Shown here in pieces: positions 54,485-64,000 of a stretch of 64,000 bases of DNA. The DNA is from Deinococcales bacterium (GTDB lineage Bacteria > Deinococcota > Deinococci > Deinococcales > JAAFIG01), in contig JANNVX010000088.1 in assembly GCA_031414595.1 (NCBI GenBank), forward strand, positions 160,001-224,000, read 5' to 3'. The translations under genes and the position numbers were made by a program. Below the pieces are notes generated by a model. That model was not told where the DNA came from. It did not search any database and saw only the letters and a program-made list of their open reading frames with translations. Within the stretch, counting starts at the first letter, position 1. Each line of letters opens with the position of its first letter.

Positions 54485-57358
54485 ATGACCCTTGCACTGC
54501 ACTTGCTTGGCTCACCTCGTCTCGAGTTAAATCGGCGGGTCATCAAACTTGGCTTAAAACCAATGTTGGTGCTGGCGTACTTGGCACTCGAAGGCAGGGC
54601 ATCACGCCGCGACTTGGCGCAATTGCTCTGGTCAAATGCCTCAGACCCCTTAAACAGTGTTTCGGCGGCTCGAGTCACAATCCGCGACGCTATCAAGAAG
54701 CACCTATTGGGCGACAACGAAACGCTTTTTTTACAAGCTGGTTTTTACTGCGATGTCCATATTTTTACCAAAGCCCTCGAATCCCAAGACCACGAAATTT
54801 GGCAGCAAGCGCTCGAGCTTCGCCGCGAAGTATTTCTCGAGGGGGTGCGTTTACCCGAATGGATTGAAGGTTTTGGGGCAGAATTTGAAGAATGGTTACT
54901 GGGTCAGCGCGAACAACTCGAGGAAACCCACGCCGAACTCAACTGGCGACTAGCACGGCATTATTTGCAGCAAAAAGACTTTGAGAATGCTTTGCAGCAC
55001 CTTGAAATCACCCAAGCTGCACATTTGCCACCCCGCGAAGATGCGACCCGCCTACTGATTTTGTGTGCTGGCGCAGTTGGGCGTGAAATCAAAGCCCAGA
55101 CTGCTTATTTAAGACTCGAGAAACGCTTGCAAGACGAACTCGAGTTAAGCCCTAGCAACCCCACAAAAACTGCCCTGAGCCTCGCTCGAGAAAACCCCAA
55201 AGCCTGCCAAGCTGCGCTACATGACGAATTTCGCAGTCAGAATCCGACCATTTCGCTCTCCTTGGGTTTGGAGGAAACACAAGTGCCACTTTTTGGACGT
55301 GAACACGAATTGAAACAAATAGACAGCGAACTAAAGCGTGCCAAAAGCAAACTGGCGCGGTTGGTGGTGTTGTCTGGCGAACCGGGGGTTGGCAAAACCC
55401 GTTTAGCCAAAGAAGCCATTCGTGGTCAAGATTTGTTTGTCTTAAGTGGGGTAGCATCGCCAACTGGTGTTTCGCTCGGGGTTTTTGAAAAAGCCGTGCG
55501 GCAAGCCCTAAGTCAACAACCCATTGGTCATTTTAACCGACTTTGGCAACAGGCACTCGCTGCATTTTTACCCGATACCATAAGTGCTACCCAAATCGAA
55601 CCAAGCAAAGAACATTTATTTGCCGCGATTACCGCCCTGTTCTGCCACCTTGAGCGCCCAACGGTGCTACTGCTGGACGACTTACAGTGGGCAGATAAAA
55701 CTTCGCTTGAGCTATTGCTGCATTTAGTACACAATCCCTCACCTCAAGGCTTGTTGGTACTGGCAACCCTGCGTGATACCGAACAGCCACGCAGCGACCT
55801 CAAAAGCGTTTTTGAACTGATTACTCGAGAACAACTGGGCATTAAAATTGAGGTCGGTGGCATCAGCCCTGCTGCCGTCAATCAACTGGTGCAAACCCTA
55901 GGGCGACAAACCGACTCGCTACAATTACATAAAAAAAGCGGCGGAAACCCATTTTTCTTACTCGAGTTACTAAAAAGCAATTCCGACACCAGCCAATGGC
56001 AAGACTTGGTAAAAAGCCGCCTTGCTCACCTGCCCGAAACTGCCCAGCAACTGCTCGAGGTGGCAGCCCTGCTTGGTGACGGCAGCACTTTAGCCATGCT
56101 CAGAAGTGTTTCGGGGCGTAGCTTAGAAGAAATTAAAGAAGACCTTGACCAACTTGCCAATGCCGATGTGCTGCATTTAGAAACCGACGGAACACACTTT
56201 AAGCACGATTTAATCCGTGAAGTGATTTTAGAGCATATCCGCCCTGCCCGAAAACAAATTCTGCACCTGCGGGCGGCTCGAGCCTTAAAACCCAACCAAG
56301 CTGGGATTCATGCGTTGGCATCTCTTAACGCTTGGGAAGAAAACGACACGCCCAAAATGCTGCTGAGTTTCCTCGAGACTGGCAAACAACACAGTATCCG
56401 CGGCGATTTACCAGCCGCCCTAGAATGGTTTCTCCATGCCGATAAAAACAGCCGTAACGCCAACGAGCGGCTGCAAGCCCTGACCGAACGCGCCTCGGCA
56501 CTTGAGCGCTATGGACGGCACGAAGTGGCACTCGAGACACTGAGCAAAGTAGCTATTCTCGAGGGGAGTGTGACTGATCCAGTGTTACGCAGTGGGGCTT
56601 GGTTAGCCAAAGCCAATTTACTGGCACTCAAAATGCACCGACTCGAAGAGGCGCAGGTTTTGGTGACTCAGGCATTTACGACGCTCGAAGGACTGAGTTA
56701 CAGCGCGGCGCAATTGGTTCGGTCAGATGCGCTAAATATCCAAGGTACGATTTACCGTTTAGAAAAGAAATATACGCAAGCTGCCACAGCCTTTGAAGAT
56801 AGTTTAGCCATTCGCCAAGCGCTCGAGGACGATGTAAGGATAGCCACAACAATGATGAATCTTGGGACGATTTATACTCGACTAAACGACTCTCGAGCCG
56901 AAAACACCCACCAACTTTGCCTCGTCCTATACACCAAAATCGGTGACGAAAATGGCATTTCTCGGACTTTGAATAACTTAGGTATGCACTATACACGCCA
57001 CGAAAAATACGACGAAGCACTCAAGTCTTATCAAGAAACACTGAGGCTTAGCCAAGTTTTACTTGACCCGTGGGCAGAAGCTCGAGCCTATCAAAATATC
57101 GGAGCAACCCACTATTATCGCTCAGAATATGAATTGGCGCAAAATAATTATTTATTGGCTCTCGAAAAAGCCAATTCATTCAAGGATTCTGAAAATCAAT
57201 TGCTTGCTTTGCTAAACCTTCTCGAGGTGTGCCAAGTTCTAAACACCGATTCTACTATCTGGCTAGAGCAAATCAAACCTTTTACGACCAATGAATCCTT
57301 TATTGCCTACCATACAGAAATCAACAATTACCTTTCACAACAAGGAGTGAAATCATGA
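54485..57358 (+). CDS. SARP/BTAD-AAA (STAND) ATPase-TPR regulator
   Basis: LHLLG...VLAYLAL...[43 protein letters not shown], TPRs (TLNNLG, AYQNIG). Confidence 0.88.
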   Translation: MTLALHLLGSPRLELNRRVIKLGLKPMLVLAYLALEGRASRRDLAQLLWSNASDPLNSVSAARVTIRDAIKKHLLGDNETLFLQAGFYCDVHIFTKALESQDHEIWQQALELRREVFLEGVRLPEWIEGFGAEFEEWLLGQREQLEETHAELNWRLARHYLQQKDFENALQHLEITQAAHLPPREDATRLLILCAGAVGREIKAQTAYLRLEKRLQDELELSPSNPTKTALSLARENPKACQAALHDEFRSQNPTISLSLGLEETQVPLFGREHELKQIDSELKRAKSKLARLVVLSGEPGVGKTRLAKEAIRGQDLFVLSGVASPTGVSLGVFEKAVRQALSQQPIGHFNRLWQQALAAFLPDTISATQIEPSKEHLFAAITALFCHLERPTVLLLDDLQWADKTSLELLLHLVHNPSPQGLLVLATLRDTEQPRSDLKSVFELITREQLGIKIEVGGISPAAVNQLVQTLGRQTDSLQLHKKSGGNPFFLLELLKSNSDTSQWQDLVKSRLAHLPETAQQLLEVAALLGDGSTLAMLRSVSGRSLEEIKEDLDQLANADVLHLETDGTHFKHDLIREVILEHIRPARKQILHLRAARALKPNQAGIHALASLNAWEENDTPKMLLSFLETGKQHSIRGDLPAALEWFLHADKNSRNANERLQALTERASALERYGRHEVALETLSKVAILEGSVTDPVLRSGAWLAKANLLALKMHRLEEAQVLVTQAFTTLEGLSYSAAQLVRSDALNIQGTIYRLEKKYTQAATAFEDSLAIRQALEDDVRIATTMMNLGTIYTRLNDSRAENTHQLCLVLYTKIGDENGISRTLNNLGMHYTRHEKYDEALKSYQETLRLSQVLLDPWAEARAYQNIGATHYYRSEYELAQNNYLLALEKANSFKDSENQLLALLNLLEVCQVLNTDSTIWLEQIKPFTTNESFIAYHTEINNYLSQQGVKS

Positions 57359-58959
57359 AACGTTTTTTACTTTTCCTCAGCACATTAGCAATTTGTGTAG
57401 CTTGTAATCCTACAAATCCGCCCTTACTCGAGATACAAAAGGTACGACCCCGGTTTGTTGTCCCACTGGCAGAAGTTGTTATCACTGGCGCAGGTTTCTC
57501 GAACAGTTCTGTGGTAACAATAGGTGGACAAACAGTCAATGTAAATTCATTTCAAACAACCGAGCTAAAAGTCAAAGCACCAAACTTACAAGCTGGTGCA
57601 TACCTTGTTACTGTGACCAATTCTCCTCAGTCTTTTGCCACCAGTAAAGACTTAAATATTCTTGCCACGCCCGATAATTATTTCCCCGACCAAGCCTTGG
57701 TGGTTTTTAAGGAAAATATAGACCAGAACAAAGCCAGCCAAATCGCCCAACGCGCCAGTATGATTGTAGCAGACTTCAAACCAGCCGAGGTTGGCGCAAC
57801 TGGCATTTGCAGCAATACCCTTGCAGTTCTCGAGCAACAAGGCGGGACTTCTCGAGCCGTGGATACCGCCAGCGATATTCCTGAAGTTTTAGAAGCAAAT
57901 CCGCATTTGATTGAGACTGGTGGCGCATATTCCGATTCAGGACCCACCATAGAACATAAAAACGAATTCACTGCCCTCGAGTTAGACCGCGCCTACACAC
58001 ACTGGAAAACCCTCCTACCAAATATGCAAAACCGTTCCCCTCGAGTTGCAGTTTTGGATACTGGGGTTTCTGAACATTACGATTTCAGGAATTTGTTTAA
58101 TCTGCTCGATACAAATTTATTGGCTGGGCGTAATTTCACTAATGAACGTGTCAACCTTGCCATCCCAATCGAGTCTGACACCGCCGACAATGCCAAGAAT
58201 GCAAGCGGCACTCGAGTCGGGCATGGAACAGCAGTTGCAGCAATTGTCGCCGCTCGGGATTCGGAAAGCGGCACGAACTTTACGCAATTCTGGCAAGTCG
58301 GGGTGCTGCCCGCCAGAAATAATAATCAAAGTGGTCCAAATGGCGCAGATGGCGCTAAAATTCTCCCCCTCAAAGTCTGCAATGAAGCGCTCCAATGTAA
58401 AGGCATTGAGGTCATAAAAGGACTTTGTTACGCGATAAGCCAGCAACCCGATGTGATTAACTTTTCACTTGGAACGCAACAACCCTCGAGTATTGTTAAA
58501 CAAGTTATAAAAGCCGTGACTGATGCCAATATCGTACTGGTTGCTTCGGCGGGAAATCGTGGTGCAGCCCCAAATTATCCGGCTGCCTACAGCCTCGAGT
58601 TACCGATTATTGCGGTGGGCAGTGTGCGTTACGACGCTAGTGGAAAGTACAAAGCCTCAAGTTTTAGTGTTCCGGGTGCATGGGTCAGTCTGGTTGCTCC
58701 GGGCGAAACCCAGAGTGCCAGTTTTGATTCGAGTGGTGTAGATGGTTTTGGCTACCGCACTTTTGAAGGGACTTCGTTTGCTGCACCGTGGGTCAGTGGA
58801 GTTGCGGCAATGCTTAAAGCCATCAACCCAAGCGCTACACCGCTCGAGATTAAAAATAAAATTATCGCTGGGGCTTCACGGGTTTGGCTCGATGATTGTG
58901 CGCTCGAGAAATGCGGGGCTGGGTTGCTGAATGCCGCCAATGCGATTGGCGCTCCTTAA
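57355..58959 (+). CDS. S8 subtilase lipoprotein with IPT/TIG domain
   Basis: Lipobox CVAC; VVITGAGFS TIG; triad VAVLDTG, HGTAVA, GTSFAAP; SAGN. Confidence 0.9.
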   Translation: MKRFLLFLSTLAICVACNPTNPPLLEIQKVRPRFVVPLAEVVITGAGFSNSSVVTIGGQTVNVNSFQTTELKVKAPNLQAGAYLVTVTNSPQSFATSKDLNILATPDNYFPDQALVVFKENIDQNKASQIAQRASMIVADFKPAEVGATGICSNTLAVLEQQGGTSRAVDTASDIPEVLEANPHLIETGGAYSDSGPTIEHKNEFTALELDRAYTHWKTLLPNMQNRSPRVAVLDTGVSEHYDFRNLFNLLDTNLLAGRNFTNERVNLAIPIESDTADNAKNASGTRVGHGTAVAAIVAARDSESGTNFTQFWQVGVLPARNNNQSGPNGADGAKILPLKVCNEALQCKGIEVIKGLCYAISQQPDVINFSLGTQQPSSIVKQVIKAVTDANIVLVASAGNRGAAPNYPAAYSLELPIIAVGSVRYDASGKYKASSFSVPGAWVSLVAPGETQSASFDSSGVDGFGYRTFEGTSFAAPWVSGVAAMLKAINPSATPLEIKNKIIAGASRVWLDDCALEKCGAGLLNAANAIGAP

Positions 58960-58972
58960 GTTCATTTTTGCT

Positions 58973-59004
58973 AACCACTCGAGTAAATTCTCGAGTGGTT
59001 TTTT
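58973..59004 (+). terminator. Intrinsic terminator built on two CTCGAG sites
   Basis: AACCACTCGAG-taaatt-CTCGAGTGGTT-TTTT. Confidence 0.75.
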
Positions 59005-59026
59005 ATTGTCTTTCACAGCTTTGTTT

Positions 59027-59061
59027 GTTTCAGGGGAGTTTCAGAGGGGTAGGGCTAAATT
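59027..59061 (+). promoter_or_regulatory. 11-bp-period direct repeat before putative -10 (SARP-type operator)
   Basis: GTTTCAGGGGA-GTTTCAGAGGG, 7 nt, TAAATT. Confidence 0.45.
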
Positions 59062-59099
59062 ATACCCATCAGCGAAACGGTTCGCTTACAGGAGACAAT

Positions 59100-61943
59100 A
59101 TGAAAAAGGCAAATCTGATTCTCGGCTCGAGCGTGGTTATTTTGACTGGATTACTGGCAAGTTGTAATCCAACCACTCCAGTTATTCCAATTGCAGCCCC
59201 ACAAAATATCCTGACCGTACCCGATGATAAAAATGTAACGGTGATTTGGGATGCTGTAGATGACTCGAGGGTGACTGGCTACAATGTTTATCAAGACGGC
59301 AAAAAAGTCAATCCTGAGCCTGTTGCGGCGGCTTCTCGAGTCACCGTTCAAGCGGCTGGTACGCTACGTCGTTTACAATTTTTGGTTAGCAATGTCAGTT
59401 TAGCAAATCTCTCAAGGTTCACGGTTCGGGCGATTGGTGGCGTAACAGAAGGCACACCCAGCCCAGAATCACCGGCTCGCCCAGTCGTTTGTAGCCGCTA
59501 CTTGGTCAAAGGCACAGACATGGGCGCACAAAGTCAGAATGTCAGTTTGACTCGAGCCTCTGCCGCCTTGAGTGGTGCAACAGTTCGGGTCAACGGCACA
59601 AACATTCCATTTACAGGCAGTATTTTTCAAGGGAACTTACCCAGCAGTGTGGCAGTTGGTAGCAATGTCGAAATCCTGACCGCCGATGTTGACTGCTTGG
59701 TTTACTCCCGCGATACCTTACCAGCCCAACCAGTCATGACTGCACCAAGTGCTGGTCTGAACACCTCGAGCAGCGCGGTTTTACCTGTGGCTTGGACAAG
59801 TGTCAGTAACCCAGACCGTTTTGTTGTAGTCGCCACTTGGCTCGAGGGCAGCAGTGGCTTGGCTTGGCGCTCTGGAGATTTGGCTGGAACAGCGCGTACC
59901 TTTGATATTCCCGCCAATTCTTTACCAGCCGATAAAACTGTAAAAATTCGGGTTTATGCCTATAACGACGGCACAGAAACCTTTATTGGCGCATTTGAAA
60001 CTGGTTCTAAAATGGCTATTCGCAATGGCGATGAAGCAGGTCGGGACATCAGCACGACCAGCACACCACCAGCCGTTGCCGCCAATCCTGGTGTTTCATG
60101 GGGCGACCCGCACTTAATTACTTTTGATCAAATGGGTTATGAATTCCAGAGTGTCGGTGAGTACGACCTTGGCTTCTCGAGCGATAGCCGCCTTCGTGTC
60201 CAAGCTCGGCATCAACCTTGGGGCGGTAGCAGTTACGTCAGTGTCAACACTGCCATTGCGACTCAAATGAATGGTCAAAAAGTTGGTCTGTACTTGAACC
60301 CACCTGTTGGACAAAGCCCGTTGCGGGTTGGTAACACAGGTGTTCGCACCGCCGTTCCAAGTAGCGGACTTGACCTAGGCGCTGGCTATAGAGTCTCGTT
60401 GGTTGGTTCGACCTACAGATTCAGTTACCCAGATGGCGATTACATCATGGTTGAAATGAACGGATCGTATATTAATGTTCGGGTATTCCCAGTGCTAACT
60501 CGAAGCAATACCATGAAGGGTTTACTCGGCAACTTTGATGGCAGCTTAAGCAACGAATTTATCAAACGCGATGGCACTGCTTTTGTTCCCCTGACCACCC
60601 TTGCTTTAATCAGTCAGTACGCTAATTCTTGGAAAATCCCAACCTTATCCGATTCATTATTTGTCTATGATGGTACAGAAGCCTTTGGTGGTTTTGACAA
60701 TTCGAGTTTCCCAAGTGCCACACCACCAGCCGACCCAACCGCCTTTGCTGCGGCTCAAGCGGCTTGCACATCGGCTGGGGTACAACCCAAGAATGTAGAT
60801 GGCTGCGCGATAGATAAAACCCAAACAGGTGACGAAGGCTTTATTACCAGTGCCGCAAGCGTGCAACAACCAGCCGAAGTGATTGTGGTTGTACCAACAC
60901 CAAAACCTGATTTGGTGATTGAACGCGCCAGTATCAGTCTTGGAAATGTTTGTCGCCCTTTCAATACCTTTGTAAACGGCAACATTACCGTCAAGAATAT
61001 CGGTGCAGGTACTAGCCCAGCCGTACCAAACATTGGCATTGCCCAAGTTGTAGACTTGAGAGATGAAGCCCTAGGTTCTGGCTACCGAGGCAATGGCGTT
61101 TCCGTACCTGCGCTTGCACCTAACGAAAGCATCACCCTAAACATTCCGATTTTTTATCCAGTTACCGCACCAAATGACACCGAGGGCTTACGAACTTATT
61201 TTGCTCGAGTTGACTTTGGTAATCATATTGTCGAATCCAATGAGACCAACAACCGCTTTGCCACCAATCTCGAGATTAACATTCCAAAAGGACACTGTAA
61301 GAACCGCGTTGGACTGATTCACGGCGCAGATAACAGCGCCGCTACTGCCTACAAAACAGGTCTCGAGTTAAAAGGAATGCGCGTCACCTTATTGCCACTC
61401 TCGAGCCTGAACCCCAACAGCACCGCCACTTTGATGGATTACGATTTACTTGCGATTGACAGCAAGTCTGGCAACTTAAACACTTGGGAAGGTGGCACTG
61501 GAATGCCAGAAGCCATTGGCAATGCTGGACGACCAATCCTTGGGCTTGGCGAAGGTGGTTATGCGTTCTTGGGTAAATCAAACTCCCCCATTGGCTGGGC
61601 AAATGGATGGCATGATAGTGGCGCAACAACTTTTGCCCTTCCAAGCCCAGTTCATGCCAGTCACAACACCCCATTCCCTGTGACCAACACCGCAGGCAGT
61701 GTTGAAGTTGCCAGTCCCGCAATGAATTTTGTGGCGATTCACCTCCCACCAACTGTGGCTGCAAATTTGAAGCTCGTTGCTCGTCAATCAGGCGACGCTA
61801 CTCATTATGTTAGTGTTCTGAACACCACACCAACTTCAACCACAGGTTCAAGCGAAGCCATTTGGGGATTTGATGGAATTCCGACATACACTGAAAATGG
61901 CTGGAATGCACTGGCAAACTTGGGTTGGATCATGCTCCCATAA
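59100..61943 (+). CDS. Large lipoprotein with FN3, VWD (GDPH) and CARDB domains
   Basis: Lipobox LASC; W...VTGYNVYQDG FN3; WGDPHLITFD...GLLGNFDG VWD; KPDLVI...ESNETNN CARDB; AGGAG RBS. Confidence 0.85.
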   Translation: MKKANLILGSSVVILTGLLASCNPTTPVIPIAAPQNILTVPDDKNVTVIWDAVDDSRVTGYNVYQDGKKVNPEPVAAASRVTVQAAGTLRRLQFLVSNVSLANLSRFTVRAIGGVTEGTPSPESPARPVVCSRYLVKGTDMGAQSQNVSLTRASAALSGATVRVNGTNIPFTGSIFQGNLPSSVAVGSNVEILTADVDCLVYSRDTLPAQPVMTAPSAGLNTSSSAVLPVAWTSVSNPDRFVVVATWLEGSSGLAWRSGDLAGTARTFDIPANSLPADKTVKIRVYAYNDGTETFIGAFETGSKMAIRNGDEAGRDISTTSTPPAVAANPGVSWGDPHLITFDQMGYEFQSVGEYDLGFSSDSRLRVQARHQPWGGSSYVSVNTAIATQMNGQKVGLYLNPPVGQSPLRVGNTGVRTAVPSSGLDLGAGYRVSLVGSTYRFSYPDGDYIMVEMNGSYINVRVFPVLTRSNTMKGLLGNFDGSLSNEFIKRDGTAFVPLTTLALISQYANSWKIPTLSDSLFVYDGTEAFGGFDNSSFPSATPPADPTAFAAAQAACTSAGVQPKNVDGCAIDKTQTGDEGFITSAASVQQPAEVIVVVPTPKPDLVIERASISLGNVCRPFNTFVNGNITVKNIGAGTSPAVPNIGIAQVVDLRDEALGSGYRGNGVSVPALAPNESITLNIPIFYPVTAPNDTEGLRTYFARVDFGNHIVESNETNNRFATNLEINIPKGHCKNRVGLIHGADNSAATAYKTGLELKGMRVTLLPLSSLNPNSTATLMDYDLLAIDSKSGNLNTWEGGTGMPEAIGNAGRPILGLGEGGYAFLGKSNSPIGWANGWHDSGATTFALPSPVHASHNTPFPVTNTAGSVEVASPAMNFVAIHLPPTVAANLKLVARQSGDATHYVSVLNTTPTSTTGSSEAIWGFDGIPTYTENGWNALANLGWIMLP

Positions 61944-61981
61944 GCAATTGGTTCATGCTCCTATAAGCATTCAATCTCGAG

Positions 61982-62009
61982 AAAGCGTGACCAAATCGGT
62001 CACGCTTTT
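61982..62009. terminator. Terminator between convergent genes
   Basis: AAAGCGTGACC-aaatc-GGTCACGCTTT. Confidence 0.75.
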
Positions 62010-62296
62010 CTTTTTTGCTTTTTCTCGAGCGCTCCGCGTAATTCTTGGGCTTTCTCGAGTGCCAAAACTTGCGCTTGGGCTAAACTTGTACCAAAGCTAA
62101 AACCCTCACCTGCCAAATATGCTTTGCTGCGTTCATCATCTGGGATTAAAAAATGAACATACCAATTCCCGATACTGCGCTGCTTTTTCTGTTTACGCCG
62201 AGACAAATCCGACGGCTCGAGACGCAAAAAAACAATGTAATCGTTTAATATTGCTCGGTAAGAAAGCTCATCGTCGGTTTCTATTTCAGTCCACAC
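62000..62296 (-). CDS. Hypothetical protein
   Basis: 98-aa ORF, GTG start with TAGAAT 5 nt upstream. Confidence 0.5.
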   Translation of the reverse strand: MWTEIETDDELSYRAILNDYIVFLRLEPSDLSRRKQKKQRSIGNWYVHFLIPDDERSKAYLAGEGFSFGTSLAQAQVLALEKAQELRGALEKKQKRKA

Positions 62297-62500
62297 CAGA
62301 AAATTCTACCTTTTAACCTTTGCCACTGCCTTTCGCCTTTTCTCTCCTCTCATCTCGAGCCGCAAAAACCACCTTTTCTTAACCTGCGCTTTATTTATTA
62401 AGACACCAAAATCTAGGCTTCATCGTTTCTCGAGATTTTGACTGTAGGTTATGGGAGTACCGCCCGCCAAACACTTTCAAATGGGCAAAAGGAAAACACT

Positions 62501-63439
62501 ATGAAAAAAATCGCATTGCTAACCGCCGTTATCGCCTCGAGCTTCGTACTGTCTGCTGCGGCTTTTGCCCAGAGCAATCCAGTCGCAAGCCCACAAGGGA
62601 TTATTGTTAATCCGATTCAAACCACACTACAAGCTCAAGTTTCGGTTGACCGTTCTGGTGTAAATCCACTTTACTATGTTGGCGAAAACGTTAAAATCAG
62701 TGTCAGTGTCAACCAAGATGCCTATGTGTACTTATTTAGCATTGATGCCAGAGGTGTTATTAGCTTGATTTTGCCGAATCGCTTATCGGGTGGTTCAGAA
62801 TTTATGCGTGGCGGCGAAACCCGTCAGTTTCCACCTGCTGGAGCGAATTGGACCCTAACAATCGAAGGCAATGGCGGACAAGAACAAGTTCTGGCAGTTG
62901 CCAGTAAACGCCAATTAAACTTATCTGAAATTGTCACCTTTAAGAGCGGACAACCATTTGCCACAGCGAATGCCAATGTTCAAGGGGCAAGCGGATTAGC
63001 CCGTCCTTTGGCGCTTGTGGTCACACCATTGCCACCTCAAGATTGGGTCACAGCCGTCACCACCTATCAAGTTCAAGTTCGTACATTTGTGACTGCTCCA
63101 CAACCAAATCCTCCTGTGGTGAGTACACCTCCAGCCCCAGTGGTCAGCAACGACCCACTCAACCGATTTGAAATGAGCCTGATGTTCGGTACACAAATTA
63201 CTCGAGTTCTCGAGAACAAAGATGACAAATTTAGTGCCTATGTGATCATCCGTGGTTCGTATGCCGAAGTCGCTAATTATCATCAAAATCAACTGATTGC
63301 CCGTGGTTGGCAACTCAAAAACTCTCGTATTCGCAATGACAGTGTTCGGCTCGAGTTTCGCCGTGGGGGCAAGGAATTGGAGTTTCGTTTGGAACGCAAT
63401 GGCAACAACATAAGATTAACCATTGAAATGAACGATTAA
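62501..63439 (+). CDS. Exported DUF4384-domain protein
   Basis: Signal peptide AFA|Q; SPQGIIVNP, YYVGENVKISVSVNQDAYVYLF, LILPN, EQVLAVAS. Confidence 0.8.
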   Translation: MKKIALLTAVIASSFVLSAAAFAQSNPVASPQGIIVNPIQTTLQAQVSVDRSGVNPLYYVGENVKISVSVNQDAYVYLFSIDARGVISLILPNRLSGGSEFMRGGETRQFPPAGANWTLTIEGNGGQEQVLAVASKRQLNLSEIVTFKSGQPFATANANVQGASGLARPLALVVTPLPPQDWVTAVTTYQVQVRTFVTAPQPNPPVVSTPPAPVVSNDPLNRFEMSLMFGTQITRVLENKDDKFSAYVIIRGSYAEVANYHQNQLIARGWQLKNSRIRNDSVRLEFRRGGKELEFRLERNGNNIRLTIEMND

Positions 63440-63468
63440 CTCGAGTCTAGGTGGCAACTTATTGCCTA

Positions 63469-63505
63469 AAGAAGCGTAAGCCTTTGGCTTGCGCTTCTTG
63501 GTTTT
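63469..63505 (+). terminator. Intrinsic terminator
   Basis: AAGAAGCGTAAGCC-ttt-GGCTTGCGCTTCTT. Confidence 0.7.
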
Positions 63506-63535
63506 AGCTCATAACAACTCGGTAGGATTAACCCC

Positions 63536-64000
63536 ATGAAAGTTTGGTTTTTAATGCTACTTATGTGCTTAGTGGCTTGTACAGGTTCAACTGAACCCGA
63601 AAAAGATTATCAATTGGTCTTTGGCATAGCCAACCTGCCTAGCCTGTCTGGGGTTTTGGCAAATTGTGCGACTCCTTTAAGTGTTGCTGGCGGTATATTG
63701 CGAATAGATTCGCGTAAAACTGAGACAGTAAACCCAACTGGGAATTGTAATTTTATAGCCACTCCAAGTGTTCCATTTGACCTCGAGCGAAGTGTTCGAG
63801 TGGGTACACTGGATACTCGAGCGCTGTTTGTTTCTTTGCCTAAAGCCGGTCAGGTTCAGGCGTACAATAGCCAAATCAGTACGGTACTGTGGACTTTTCC
63901 GTCGGTAGTTGCGCCGTTGCCGACTGGTTGGACAGATTTTTGTCCGACCCAATTGGCGCTCTCGAGCAGTAACATCGCCATCAACAATTCGCCTTCAGAA
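63536..64000 (+). CDS. Lipoprotein, N-terminal part (runs off window)
   Basis: MKVWFLMLLMCLVAC lipobox; no stop seen in hand translation; -10 TAGGAT upstream. Confidence 0.7.
   Translation, partial: MKVWFLMLLMCLVACTGSTEPEKDYQLVFGIANLPSLSGVLANCATPLSVAGGILRIDSRKTETVNPTGNCNFIATPSVPFDLERSVRVGTLDTRALFVSLPKAGQVQAYNSQISTVLWTFPSVVAPLPTGWTDFCPTQLALSSSNIAINNSPSE

Overview
64-kb chromosomal window from a Deinococcota (Deinococcus-Thermus) bacterium, judged from the two-OB-fold SSB, LysY-type reductase, 889-aa PilF/PilB with MshEN repeats, HspR HAIR box before clpB and many leaderless genes. Core genes: gap (partial), nth, lysY/argC, pilB, M20 peptidase, ftsH, clpB, rpsF-ssb-rpsR-rplI, oppBC, aroA, ferredoxin-NADP reductase, tRNA-Ser(GGA), moaC, MCM B12-binding subunit, BMP protein, GGDEF-EAL, amine oxidase. 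CTCGAG is heavily over-represented throughout. Best accessory signals: (1) a SARP/BTAD-NB-ARC-TPR regulator convergent with an unannotated 46-aa secreted prepeptide ending A|DPTNYGGGP, next to a protein ending NPTNFGGGP, a candidate new peptide-sensing STAND signalling system; (2) a ~6-kb array of toxin-antitoxin/defence-like genes behind rplI and an Rpn gene, punctuated by a degenerate ~50-bp repeat and containing a type I toxin-like structured mRNA, a HEPN-like protein and a duplicated TA pair with one dead toxin; (3) two exported-protein loci preceded by 11-bp-period direct repeats placed like SARP operators. No integrase, IS transposase or CRISPR array was seen. Family calls rest on motifs recognised by eye, not on database searches.
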